Shown: piece after piece, positions 12,801 to 25,124 of the stretch
Numbering within the stretch: the first letter of the stretch is position 1
How the letters are laid out: each line of letters opens with the position of its first letter
NCBI RefSeq assembly: GCF_963921235.1
Contig: NC_086108.1
Coordinates: 11,222,001 to 11,286,000 of the forward strand
Reading direction: 5' to 3'
DNA from: Mobula hypostoma
Lineage: Eukaryota
Length of the DNA: 64,000 nt
Made by a program: the position numbers and the translations under genes
The notes under the pieces: generated by a model
What the model saw: only the letters and a program-made list of their open reading frames with translations
What the model was told of the DNA's origin: nothing
The model's database searches: none

Positions 12801-13133
12801 AGACTGCTGCTCAGGTTCCGGCTGCACTGTAGTCCCGCACTCCTCACATACGGGCACCCAGTTCGGAAAGGGGCCGGTTTTGAGTTTGAGGATGACCAAC
12901 CGGTGGGCATGGTCCTGGACCTGGCCAAGATGGCCATTCGTGGGTCTAGTTGGTGGAAAGTGGAGGGTGCTGCCCGAGCTGACTGCCTGTCTCTTTTCTG
13001 AGGATACGTTTGTGCCTGGCTGTCCTTGGAGAGGGAGCATGCAGTTGCAACGTATACGCTGAGGGACTTCCAGGAGCTGTGCTCCCCCAGAGAATTGACT
13101 ATTTTATAGACGGGAGCAACCATATTTTAATCT
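9856..13133 (+). pseudogene. Tx1 ORF2 (APE endonuclease - RT - zinc-binding C-terminus) with RT-core deletion and a CR1 insertion
   Basis: MRLSVVTININ; FSDH...SAYWHFNNWLL; GKSPGLDGLTVEF; MANRLGSVLAQVVHPDQSCTVPGRSIQDNI; CPLCGCEESVYHAFLE. Confidence 0.88.
12177..12580 (-). mobile_element. CR1 3' fragment nested in Tx1 ORF2
   Basis: SRGHSFKVLGSRSRGDVRGKFFAQKVVSSWNELP on minus; atagaaac tail; Tx1 coding sequence resumes afterwards. Confidence 0.85.
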
Positions 13134-13552
13134 GAGTGTACTTACTGTCTTGTAAATATTGATTGTACCTTGTGTATATGTGTTATAAATAAACTTTTAT
13201 AGTTTTGTAAAGTGAAAGGGGTGGTACTGAGGGAGGTTCTCACTGTGGGAGGAGACCCCAGCTATTATCAATACTCTTCAGAGATTGTCTGCCAAGCATC
13301 TGTGGTCGCATAACCAGGGCTTGTGATCTGCACCGGCTGCTCATACGACCATCCACCACCTGCTCCCATGGCCTCACATAACCCTGATTGGGGGGGGCGC
13401 AGCAGTGTAGCTAAGCAGGTGCTACAATTTGCCCAAGGCTAGCGGAGGGAAGGAGCTCTCTGGTAGAGACACATCTCCACCCCACAACCCAAAACTACGT
13501 ATATATCACCATTTACTACCCTGGGATTCATTTCCTTGCAGGCATTCCCAGT

Positions 13553-14478
13553 AACCATATAAACCATATAACAATTACAGCACGGAAACAGCCCATCTCG
13601 GCCCTTCTAGTCCGTGCCAAACTCTTACTCTCACCTCTTCCCACCGACCTGCAGTCAGCCCCTAACCCTCCATTCCTTTCCTGTCCATATATCTATCCAA
13701 TTTAACTTTAAATGACAACATCGAACCTGCCTCAACCACTTCTGCTGGAAGCTCGTTCCACACAGCGACCACTCTCTGAGTAAAGAAGTTCCCCCTCATG
13801 TTACCCCTAAAGTTTTGCCCTTTAACTCTGAACTCATGTCCTCTTGTTTGAATCTCCTCCACTCTCAATGGAAAAAGCCTATCCACATCAACTCTATCTA
13901 TCCCCCTCATAATTTTAAATACCTCTATCAAGTCCATCCCCCCTCAACCTTCTACGCTCCAAAGAATAAAGATGCAACTTGTTCAACCTTTCTCTGTAAC
14001 TTAGGAGATGAAACCCAGGTAACATTCTAGTAAATCTTCTCTGTACACTCTCAATTTTGTTGACATTTTTCCTAATAATTCGGTGACCAGAACTGTGCAC
14101 AATACTCCAAATTTGGCCTTACCAATCCCTTGTACAATTTCAACATTACATCCCAACTCCTATACTCAAAGCTCTGATTTATAAAGGCCAACATACCAAA
14201 AGCTTTCTTCACCACCCTATCCACATGAGATTTCACCTTCAGGGAACTATGCACCATTATTCCTTAGATCCCTCTGTTCTACTGCATTCTTCAATGCCCT
14301 ACCATTTACCATGTATGTCCTATTTTGATTAGTCCTACCAAAATGTAGCACCTCACATTTATCGGCATTAAACTCCATCTGCCATCTTTCAGCCCGCTCT
14401 TCTAACTGGCCTAAATCTCTCTGCAAGATTTGAAAACCTACTTCATTATCCACAACTCCACCTATCTTAATATCATCT
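13553..14478 (-). mobile_element. 5'-truncated CR1, same subfamily as 20487-23840
   Basis: near-identical to 20490-21400; DDIKIGGVVDNEVGFQ...LVRPNLEYCAQFWSP. Confidence 0.92.
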
Positions 14479-14790
14479 ATCCACAATGATTCAAAAACTT
14501 CTGACCCTATGTCACCTCTTTCCAATGATTTGACTTCATTGTTAACCAACAGAGCAACACCACCCACTCTGTCTTCCTGCCTGTCTTTCCAATACAATGT
14601 GTATCCTTGGACATTAAACTTCCAGCTATAACCTTCTTTCAGCCATGATTCAGTGATGCCCACAACATCATACCTGCCAATCTGCAACTGTGTTACAGGT
14701 TCATCCACCTTATTCTGTATAGTGGGTGCATTCAAATATAACACCTCCAGTTCTGTATTCACTCTGTTCAATTTTGTCCACGTTTTACAT
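14479..14790 (-). mobile_element. APE endonuclease N-terminus of a different CR1 subfamily, joined to the preceding copy
   Basis: VLYLNAPTIQNKVDE...YDVVGITESWL...DRQEDRVGGVALLV. Confidence 0.8.
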
Positions 14791-15299
14791 TACAGCTCAT
14801 GCTGTTGTTCTAGAAGTATTTTGTTGTATTCTCCTGACCAAGCCGGGTAGCCTGACATTGACCTGTGTTAAACTCCATGGACGACCTGGCCCACGTTCTC
14901 ACTGCAGCCTTGTGATAACTTTGCCAGCTCTGATAACCTGGCACCAGATGCTGGGTGCTTTATGGCCTACCACCCTGCCACACCCCTCAAAGAAACAGTA
15001 GAAAAAAATAGTAGAATGAAGAAAATAAATAGTAGAACAAAGAAATACAATAGAATCAATGAAAACCACAGACAAAGGCTCAGAAACAATATGATACAAG
15101 AGAGAGTATGTGGGAGGGAGGAACAAGGTCTTATTTTGCTATTGTTATTTTGCAGCGCGGTATGTTCTGTATTTTCATGTTCAGTGTGCTTCTGGCAAGC
15201 ATGATAGCCGTACCACGTTGGCATTTGATACATGGCAATGCCTGTGGGCAGCCATGATTGTGCTGGTCGGTAGAGCAAGTGGCGCATTTCATGGTGTGT

Positions 15300-15710
15300 T
15301 TAGATATTCAGAAGAATGAGGGGGGATCTCATTGAAACCTACTGAACGGTGTAAAGCCTTGTTAGAGTGGATGTGGAGAGGATGTTTCCTATGGCGGAGG
15401 AGTCTAGGAGCAGAGGGCACTTCCTCAGAATAGAGGGATGTCCATTCAGAGTGGAGATGAAGAGCAATTTCATTAGTCAGAGTGGTGAATCTGTGGAATT
15501 AGTTGCCACAGGCGGCAGTGGAGGCCACATCATTGGGTATATTTAGGTAAGGCAGTTTAATAGATTCATGATAGCTAGGGGATTTGAGGATACAAGGAGA
15601 AGGCAGGAGATTGGGGCTGAGAAGGAAATGGACCAGCCATGATGACATAACAGAGCAGACTGGATAGGCCAAATGGCCTAATTGTGCTCCTGTATCTTTT
15701 AGTCTTATGA
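15300..15710 (+). mobile_element. CR1 3' fragment
   Basis: ttcagaagaatgaggggggatctcattgaaacc...ggccaaatggcctaattgtgctcct. Confidence 0.85.
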
Positions 15711-15904
15711 TGTACATGTGATAAATAAATCTGGATCTGGATCTAAGTCTGAATATACATGTTAGGGCGTTTTTGGGGTTAGGACGTATAGAAAATAACC
15801 TTTGGAACTAACTTCAGCCACCAATCTACAGCGATTTCTCTCTGGTGAATTTGTTCATGTTACGGCAGTTCAGCTCCGAATGGAGCAGGGACAGGATGAA
15901 AGTG

Positions 15905-16115
15905 AGAAAACCTGCCGATGCTGGAAATCCAGAGCAACACACTCAAAGTGCTGGAGGAACTCAGCAGGTCAGGCAGCATCTGTGGAAAAGAGTAGACAGT
16001 TGACGAATCAGGATGAGTCCTGAAAAGGGATCTCAGCCCAAAACATTGACTGTTTGTTCTTTTCCATAGATGCTACCTGACCTGCTGAGTTCCCCCAGTA
16101 TTTTGTGTGTGTTTC
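15905..16115. mobile_element. fold-back Penelope-derived short element
   Basis: gctggaggaactcagcaggtcaggcagcatc and gatgctacctgacctgctgagttcccccag form inverted arms. Confidence 0.75.
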
Positions 16116-16389
16116 AGGGACAGGATGTTAGCTGTCTGAAGCTGTTCTTTCTGCAGAGACACTGAGTAAATAGCAGTGGGATGTACAGTATTTGCAGCTC
16201 AGATCAGTAAATCAGTATCTCACCTGGACTGAGTATACTGGGTATATTTAACCACATCAATAGGGTATCACTGATATTACCACCTCTTTGACACATGAGT
16301 TATCAGGACCTTTCTCGCATTTGGCAGGCAATGCTGTGTCTTGGCTCAGAGTTTCTGAAACTTTCCCATGGATATCTCCTCTATTAGAA

Positions 16390-16860
16390 TCCACAGCATA
16401 CTGGAGGAACTCAACAGGTCAGGCAACATCTGTGGAGGGAAATGGATAGTTGACGTTTTAGGTTGAGACCCTTCATCAGGACTGACCCCAAGTGTTGACT
16501 GTGCATTCCCCTCTATTGATAAACACAAGAGATTCTGCAGATGCTGGAAATACAAAGCAACACACACACAAAATGCTGAGGAACTCAGCAAGTCAGGCAG
16601 CATCTATGGAAATGAATAAACAATTGAGAAATTTTGGGATGAGACCCTACTTAGGACCCCTCCAAGGCTACCGCTTGACCCATTGCGTTCCTCCAGCACT
16701 TTGTGCGCTGTTCCAAATTCCAGCACCTGGCATCTCTGGTTTCTCTGTTACAGCCCATTCTGACTGCTTCAACAACAAAAATGCTGGAAGAACCCAGCCT
16801 GTCAGGCAGCAACTGCGGAAAGAGAAACTTGGTGAATACTTCTGATCAAATATTGTTTCT
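16390..16860. mobile_element. cluster of Penelope-derived short elements
   Basis: repeated ctggaggaactca..ggtcaggcagcatc heads; minus-strand cagtcctgatgaagggtctc. Confidence 0.7.
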
Positions 16861-17679
16861 GATCAGAACCAAGTGTTTTGTCTTTGTTTTTGCTATGAAA
16901 GGGTAAGGCAGACCCCTTGCTGCTCCCTGCTTACTGTCATTCAACTGTACCCATGAATACAGCCAAATGAAACATTGTTCCTCCAGGGCAATAGGAGCAC
17001 AGAACCAACAGTCACACACAGCACACCACACATACAGTTATGATAGCAGAAAATCATAGTTACAAACAAAAAAAAGCATTAATAATATAGTCTAAGTCCC
17101 TGAGTGTCATATTCTGTGGATTGATGGTGCATGGATGTCCTGGAGACACATTTCTTCAAGAACAAGCCCGCAGCACTTCCTTATATTGCTCAGCACAATT
17201 CAGCTTGTCAGCCACCACGATGGGAGGAGCCAGACTCCAACCCAGGCAGAATTCAGTCAGCTCCGGCGTCTCCTCTCTGTGTGGCCACAACAAGTGACCC
17301 CGAGACAGCAACGGGCGAGGGGCTTGTCCGTGCCATGTTCAAGATCACACAGCTTCCCCACTGTTAATCTTGTCAATGAACCAGTGAATTGGACTTGCAG
17401 GAATCCATGCTGCCAATGTCCAATTGGCTCTTGTGAGGGTGGAGGAGCTTCCTGAAGTCACCCATGGGATGGGGCACCCAGTGAGAATGCTCTGGTGTTT
17501 GTGTCTAGGCTGGGCTGAGCTGGTGGGCAGGAGGGAGAGTTGCTATGGGTCTGAGTATGTGGGGGGTTGGCTGTTCTGATACATAAGCCACTGGGGAAGA
17601 TTGCAGACAGCAGAGATGCACAGCATCTAGTAAACATAGCCTCACAGTCCATCCTTCCATAGCCTCACTGAGCCAAAGC

Positions 17680-18340
17680 TCTATTTAAGGTGGAGGTTGA
17701 TGGGTCTTGATTAGTCAGGGCATGAAGGAATATGGGGAGAAGGCAGGAGAATGGGGTTGAGAGGGAAATGGATCAGCCATGATCATATGGAGGAGCAGAC
17801 TGAATGGGCTAAACGGCCTAATTCTGAGACCATAAGATATAGGAGCAGAATTAGGTCTTTTCGTCACAGCTGATCCATTTCCCTCTCAGCCCCAGTCTCC
17901 TGCCTTCACCCCATATCCCTTCATACCCCCACTAATCAAGAATCTGTCAACCTCTACCTTAAATATACCCAATGACTTGGCCTCCACAGCCATCTGTGGC
18001 AGTGAGTTCCACAGATTCCTCCTCATCTCTGAAAGGGCATCCCCCTATTCTGAGGCTGTTTCTTGGTCTTAGACTCCCCCACCATCCTCTCCATCCTCTC
18101 CACATCCACTCTATCAAGGCCTTTCAACATTCAACAGGTTTCAATGAGGTCATCCCTCATTCTTCTGAATTCCAGTGAGGACAAGCCCAGAGCCATCAAA
18201 CGCTCCTCATATGACAAGCCTGAAATCATCTTTGCCAACCTCCTTTGAACCCTGTCCATTGTTAACACATTCTTTCTTAGATAAGGGGCCCAAAACTGCT
18301 CTGAAAACTCTGTGAGGTCTTGCCAGTGCTCTATAATAAT
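17680..18340. mobile_element. two CR1 3' ends, tail to tail
   Basis: plus copy ends ...ggcctaattctg near 17826; minus copy starts gaccataagatataggagcagaatta. Confidence 0.8.
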
Positions 18341-18639
18341 CTAACAGAGCCATCAACCTCTTCTACCTGGAACCCATCTCCACATTTCCATGTGAGGGTG
18401 GGATGCACCCTTCACATGGTGACCACCACTGGACCAAGCTTTATGTCACTGTGGATTGGACTAGACTCAGTCCGAGGATCCCACAGTAACTTCTCACGTT
18501 CACATATTATGTTGCCTCACTTGCTACGCTGTGGCGGAGAGATGGTCTTTACGGTGACAGAGAGCCATTGGGGTATGAAATGAAAGAGAAGATTAGCAGC
18601 TCATGGTGGCTGCTTGCTTGTGGGGTTGTTCACTGAGCC

Positions 18640-18930
18640 ATGAGGTTAGATCGCAAACGTTTCATCACCATCGAGGTGACACCATCAGTGTGCAACTGAG
18701 CGTTGTTTCTGCTGAGCGCTCGTGTTTGTATTGATCCAACTCAGTGTTCTGTCAATCAGCTGTTGCCATGTCTGCTGGGCTCAACCTGGTCCTGACCAAT
18801 CAGATAGCTCGATGATCTCCGCTGGCCTGCATCCCTGCTCAATAGTCGTTGTGAGCATTGGTTCCTCGCTCGGGTGTGTGAGGCTCACCCTGAGCCCCAG
18901 TCCGGCAGGTGCATGGGTCTGTAAATTACA
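18640..18930 (-). mobile_element. probable Penelope-like terminal fragment of a second family
   Basis: minus strand ctgatggtgtcacctcgatggtgatgaaacgtttgcg is a hammerhead-like core. Confidence 0.45.
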
Positions 18931-19242
18931 TCCTGTTAATGTGCCTGCCAACAGGGTCTTCTGTTGAGAACCAAGCTTGGATATATTTAAAGCGGAGATC
19001 GATAGGATGGTGGAGAAGACTCAGTGGGCTGAATCGCCTAATTCTGCTCCGTGGAGAAAATGGAGAGCATAAAGTTCTTTGATGTATACACAATGGACAA
19101 TCTAACCTGAACCTACAATACCTCCACATTAGTGAAGAGGGGCACAGCAGAGTCTACACTTTGTGAGGTGATTGAGGCATGCAAAGCTTCCCACCTCCAT
19201 TCTACAGGATCCCTATCAAGAGTGTCATGTCTGATGCATCAC

Positions 19243-20005
19243 TTACAGTGACAGAAGGATTGTCCTTACAGTGGCAGAGAGATTGTCATTACGGTGACAG
19301 AGAGATTGTCCTTACAGTGACAGAATGTTTGTCCTTACAGTGACAGGGAGATTGTCCTTACAGTGACAGAGAGATTGTCCTTATGGTGACAGAGGGATTG
19401 TCCTTACAGTGACAGAGAGATTGTCCTTATGGTGACAGAGAGATTGTCCTTACAGTGACAGAGGGATTGTCCTTACAGTGACAGAATGATTGTCCTTACA
19501 GTGACAGAGAGATTGTCCTTACAGTGACAGAGGGATTGTCCTTACAGAGAAGGAGAGATTGTCCTTACAGTGACAGAGGGATTGTCCTTACAGTGACAGA
19601 ATGATTGTCCTTACAGTGACAGAGAGATTGTCATTACGGTGATGGAGAGATTGTCCTTACAGTGATGGAGAGATTGTCCTTACGGTGATGGAGAGATTGT
19701 CCTTACAGTGACGGAGAGATTGTCATTACGGTGATGGGGAGATTGTCGTTACAGTGACAGAGAAATTGTCCTGACAGAGATGGAGAAATTGTCCTTATGG
19801 TGATGGAGAGATTGTCCTTACATTGAAGGAGAGATTGTCATTACAGTGACAGAGAGATTGTCCTTACAGTGACAGAGAGATTGTCCTTATGGTGACGGAG
19901 ATAGTGTCTTTACGGTGACGGAGAGATTGTTCTTACGGTGATGGGGAGATTGTCATTACAGTGACGGAGAGAATTAATTTACAGTGACAGAGGGATTGTC
20001 CTTAC
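19243..20005 (+). repeat. 23-bp minisatellite (attgtccttacagtgacagagag), about 33 copies
   Basis: period 23 (e.g. units at 19397 and 19420). Confidence 0.93.
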
Positions 20006-20486
20006 CAGTTTAATATGCTTGCTAATGGTATTTTCCATTCAGAAACAAGATTTTAAGTCCTTGGATATACTTAAAGCAGAGATTGATAGCACGCTGATTA
20101 GTGAGGCATTCAAAGGTTGTAGGGAGAGGACAGGAGAATGGGGCTGAGAGAGACAATAAATCAACCACGATGGAATGGTGGCCTCATACTGCTCTGTAGG
20201 GTTGATGAAGAGAATGTCCTCATGGTGACAGAGAGATTCTCCTTACAGTGATGGAGAGATTGTATTTATACTGATGGGGAGTTAGTCCTCTACTGCCTTA
20301 ACCTAAGTAACACACACTTCAGAATGGTTAGCTTTCCGGAGCACGAGCCAAGCTCTTGCAGTTATCATGAAACAATCATAGGCCATTTGTCCCATTGGGA
20401 GTATTGCGCCTCCCAGGAAAACAATTTCATCTATTCCATTGTCTTTTCCTCAAACTATATATCTGGTACCAAGGAGACAGCGAATA

Positions 20487-23400
20487 TAACCATATAGCCG
20501 TATATCAATTACAGCATGGAAACAGGCCATCTCGGCCCTTCTAGTCCGTGCCGAACTCTTACTCTCACCTAGTCCCACCGACCTGCACTCAGCCCATAAC
20601 CCTCCATTCCTTTCCTGTCCATATAGTTGTCCAATTTAACTTTAAACAACAACATCGAACCTGCCTCAACTACTTCTGCTGGAAGCTTGTTCCACACAGC
20701 GACCACTCTCTGAGTAAAGAAGTTCCCCCTCATGTTACCCCTAAACTTTTGTTCTTTAACTCTCAACTCATGTCCTCTTGTTTGAATCTCACCCACTCTC
20801 AATGGAAAAAGCCTATCCACATCAACTCTATCTATCCCCCACATAATTTTAAATACCTCCATCAAGTCCCCCCTCAACCTTCTACGTTCCAAAGAATAAA
20901 GACCCAACTTGTTCAACCTTTCTCTGTAACTTAGGTGATGATAACATTCTAGTAAATCTTCTTTGTACTCTCTCTATTTTGTTGACATCTTTCCTATAAT
21001 TCAGTGACCAAAACTGTACACAATACTCCAAATTTGGCCTCACCAATGCCTTGTATAATTTCAACATTACTTCCCAACTCCTATACTCAATGCTCTGATT
21101 TATAAAGGCCAGCATAACAAAAGCTTTCTTCACCACCCTATCCACATGAGATTCCACCTTCAGGGAACTATGCACCATTATTCCTAGATCCCTCTGTTCT
21201 ACTGCGTTCTTCAATGTCCTACCGTTTACCATGTATGTCCTATTTTGATTAGTCCTACCAACATGTAACACCTCACATTTTTCGGCATTAAACTCCATCT
21301 GCCATCTTTCAGCCCACTCTTCTAACCGGCCTAAATCTCTCTGCAAGCTTTGAAAACCTACTTCATTATCCACAACTCCACCTATCTTAGTATCATCTGC
21401 ATACTTACTCAACCAATTTACCACACCATTATCCAGATCATTAATGTATATGACAAATAACATTGGACCCAGTACAAATCCCTGAGGCACACCACTAGTC
21501 ACTGACCTCCAATCTGACAAACAGTTATCCACCACCATTCTCTGGCGTTTCCCATCCAGCCACTGCTGAATCCATTTCACTACTTCAATATTAATACCTA
21601 ATGATTGAACCTTCCTAACTAACCTTCCATGTGGGTCCTTGTCAAAGGCGTTACTGAAGTCCATATAGACAACATCCACCGCTTTACCCTCATCAACTTT
21701 CCTAGTAACCTCATCAAGAAATTAAATAAGATTTGTCAAACATGACCTTCCACGCTCAAATCCATGTTGACTGTTCCTAATCAGACCCTGTCTATCCAGA
21801 TAATTATATATACCACCCCTAAGAATACTTTCTATCAATTTACCCACCACTGACGTCAAACTCACAGGCTGATAATTGCTAGGATTACTCTTAGAACCCT
21901 TTTTAAACAATGGAACAACATGAGCAATATGCCAATCCTCCGGCACCATACCCGTTTCTAATGGCATTTGAAATATTTCTGTCAGAGCCCCTGCTATTTC
22001 CACACTAACTTCCCTCAAGGTCCTAGGGAATATCCTGTCAGGACCCGGAGACTTATCCACTTTTATATTCCTTAAAAGCTCCAGTACTTCCTCTTCTTTA
22101 ATCATCATAGTTTCCATAACTTCCCTACCTGTTTCTCTTATCTTACCCAATTCAATATCCTTCTCCTTAGTGAATACTGAGGAAAAGAAATTGTTCAGAA
22201 TCTCCCCCGTCTCTTTTGGCTCCACACATAGCTGTCCACTCTGATTCTCTAAGGGACCAATTTTATCCCTCATTATCCTTTTGCTATTAATGTAACGGTA
22301 GAAACCATTGGGATTTATTTTCACCTTACTTGCCAAAGCAACCTCATATCTTCTTTTAGCTTTTCTAATTTCTTTCTTAAGATTCTTTTTACATTCTTTA
22401 TATTCCTCGAGCACCTCATATTCTCCATGCTGTCAATATTTATTGTAGATATCTCTCTTTTTCCGAACCAAGTTTCCAATATCCCTTGAAAACCATGGCT
22501 CTGTCAAGCTTTTAACCTTTCCTTTCATCCTAACAGGAACATAAAGATACTGTACTCTCAAAATTTCACCTTTAAATGACCTTCATTTCTCTATTACATT
22601 CTTCCCATAAAACAAATTGTCCCAAACCACTCCTTCTAAATCCTTTCGCATCTCCTCAAAGTTAGCCTTTCTCCAATCAAAAATATCAACCCTGGGTCCA
22701 GTCCTATCCTTCTCCATAATTATATTGAAACTAATAGCATTGTGATCACTGGACTCGAAGTGCTCCCCAACACAAACCTCCGTCATTTGACCTATCTCAT
22801 TCCCTAACAGGAGATCCAACACTGCCCCTTCTCTAGTTGGTACCTCTATGTATTGCTGCAAAAAAACAAGCCTGCACACATTTTACAAAATCCAAACCAT
22901 CCAGCTCTTTTACAGTATGGGCCTCCCAGTCTATGTGTGGAAAATTAAAATCTCCCACAATCACAATCTTGTGCTTACTAGAAATATCTGCTATCTCCTT
23001 ACAAATTTGCTCCTCCAATTCTCGCTCCCCATTTGGTGGTCTATAATACACCCTCATAAGAGCTACTGCACCTTTCCCATTCCTCAATTCCACCCATACA
23101 GCCTCCCTAGACGAGCCCTCTAATCTATCCTGCCAGAGCACTGCTGTAATATTTTCTCTGACAAGCAATGCAACACCTCCCCCTCTTGTCCCTCCAATTC
23201 TATCACACCTGAAGCAATTAAATCCAGGAATATTTAGTTGCTAATCACACCCCTCCTGCAACCATGTTTCACTAATAGCTACCACATCATACTTCCAGGT
23301 ATCAATCCATGCTTTAAGCTCCTCCACCTTTCCTATAATGCCCCTAGCATTAAAATAAATGCATTTAAGAATTTTTCTACCTCTTACTCTCTGTTTATCA

Positions 23401-23840
23401 TTAACGGTGCAAGCAACTTTACTATTTTCTTTTTCTTCCTTCTTCCCTACATCTGTTCCTATACTCTGGTTCCCCACCTCCCTCGTATCTAGTTTAAATC
23501 CACCGGAGCCTCTCTAGCAAACCTACCTGCAAGAATATTTGTCCCCCTCCAGTTCAGATGTAGACTGTCCCGCCGGAACAGGTCCCACCTTCCCTGGAAA
23601 ACTGCCCAATTATCTATAAATCTGAAGCCCTCCCTCCTGCACCATGTCTTCAGCCACGTGTTGATCTGCGCTATCTTACTATTTCTAAACCCGCCTGCAC
23701 GTGGCACTGGTAGCAATCCTGGAGGTCTTGTCCTTTAACTTGGCTCCTAACTCCCTAAACTCTCCTTTCAGGACCTCCTCACTCTTCCTACCCACGTCAT
23801 CAGTCCCTACGTGGACCACGACATCCGGCTGCTCACCTGC
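20487..23840 (-). mobile_element. near full-length CR1 LINE (3' part of ORF1 esterase plus ORF2), mutated
   Basis: SGNH-type ORF1 (VVVHVGTDDVG; DSLHLNWRG); APE (YDVVAISETWL, VGDFNFPHIDW, SDHNAI); RT (KSPGPD, YMDFSNAFDK, SGVPQG, YADDTKI). Confidence 0.95.
20569..23477 (-). pseudogene. CR1 ORF2 (endonuclease-reverse transcriptase), broken by stops and frameshifts
   Basis: consecutive ORF-track fragments of 78, 111, 98, 230, 265 and 115 aa. Confidence 0.93.
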
Positions 23841-24284
23841 TTTGTCCTCTCCCTGCTGATGCCCACAACTCTCTGTGAGTTCACAAATGGCTTGAGAGGT
23901 CAGGGTCAGGCCCTGGTCCCTGCTCCCTGGAGCTTCTGGTGGAAGACTGAGAGTGAGTTGGGAGGGTTGCCAAGTGTCAGCAAGGCAGATATTAAGCAAT
24001 GGGCCAGCTCTGTAGCCACTTTCTCCACACAGTGATGTGGTGTGGGTACTTGCCCCATCCTAAGGCAGTACTAGCTTGCACTAGCAGGCAAGGTCACTCC
24101 CTTTTCTGTAGCATTCTCTTCTCTCTCACTGTTACACATTAATTCTGTTAAACGGAGGCTCAGGTGAGCTACAGACTTGGAAATATTGGGGAGAGTGGGG
24201 TGAATGTGACAGATTCCAGGAACACAGAGGGCAGGGGGTGTGAGACAGACAAGTACCTGGCGAGGAAAGGCAGGTGCTTCATCT

Positions 24285-24545
24285 GGGGCTGGCACGGTAG
24301 TGTGGTGGTTCACACAATGCTTTACAGTGCCAGAGATCTGGGTTCAATTCTCACTGCTGCCTGTATGTTCACCCATGAATGTGTAGGTTTCCTCTGGGTG
24401 CTCCGGTTTCCTCCCAGCATCCAACGATGTACCAGTGGTAGATTAATTGGTGCATGATGAGGCTAGGATTAAACTGGTGTTTGCTGGGCGATGTGGCTCG
24501 AAGGGCCAAAAGGGCCTTTTCCGGGCTGTATCTCAGTAAATAGAT
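24285..24545 (+). mobile_element. tRNA-derived SINE (V-SINE/HE1-like)
   Basis: A box ggcacggtagtgtggtgg, B box ggttcaattc, V-domain-like ggtttcctctgggtgctccggtttcctccc. Confidence 0.8.
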
Positions 24546-24589
24546 AATCACTCCCATCGGTCCGCCCTCGAGTGGCTTCAGCCCTATGA

Positions 24590-24915
24590 GAGGAAAAGAT
24601 CAAGTGAACAGCCAGACTTTTTCCCAGAGCAGAAATAGCTAATGTAAGGGAGCATAATTTTAAGGTGACTGGAGGAAAGTACAGAGGCTGGGGGGATGGC
24701 CGAGGAAAGGTTCTTACAGACAGGGAGAGGGAGATGGGTGTGTAGAACACCCTGCCAGGGGTAGTGGTAGTGGCAGAAACACTAGGGGCATTGAAGAAAC
24801 TTTTAGATAGATACATGGATGATGGAAAGGCAGAGGGCTGTGTAGGATGGAAGTATTAGACTGATCTTCAAGTAGGTGAATAGGTCAGCACAACATTGTG
24901 GGCCGAATGGCTTGT
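24590..24915 (+). mobile_element. CR1 3' fragment
   Basis: ccagactttttcccagagc...gggcattgaagaaacttttagatagatacatggat. Confidence 0.75.
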
Positions 24916-25124
24916 CTACCTTTCTTTAACATATTAGTTACCATTTTCTGGTTCCACCTCTTGTGACATCCTGTTCCCATCTTAATTTGCAAAAATATGT
25001 GCTAATTTAGTAACACAGAAAGAACTGTTCCATTTGAATCTGTCTGCAACCTGTCACGAGCTGTGTGGTTCAACCTTGCACCTATTCAGGATCCAGAATT
25101 TAATGCCATGGCTTTCACTTTCCG

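Larger units (their letters stand above)
5517..13216 (+). mobile_element. Tx1-group (L1 clade) non-LTR retrotransposon, full length but decayed
   Basis: 5' UTR; ORF1 with CCHC knuckle; ORF2 with APE, RT and C-terminal zinc motif; AATAAA near 13188; 33-bp flanking direct repeats at 5484-5516 and 13217-13249. Confidence 0.88.

Noticed and set aside
17680..18010. Large inverted repeat or hairpin RNA
   Set aside because: Explained by two independent, diverged CR1 3' ends in opposite orientation.
19243..20005. CRISPR-like periodicity (also the 52-bp and 66-bp arrays)
   Set aside because: Head-to-tail repeats without unique spacers, no cas genes, vertebrate context.
24285..24365. tRNA gene
   Set aside because: The A/B boxes continue into a SINE body and no cloverleaf is retained; the same applies to the other SINE heads.
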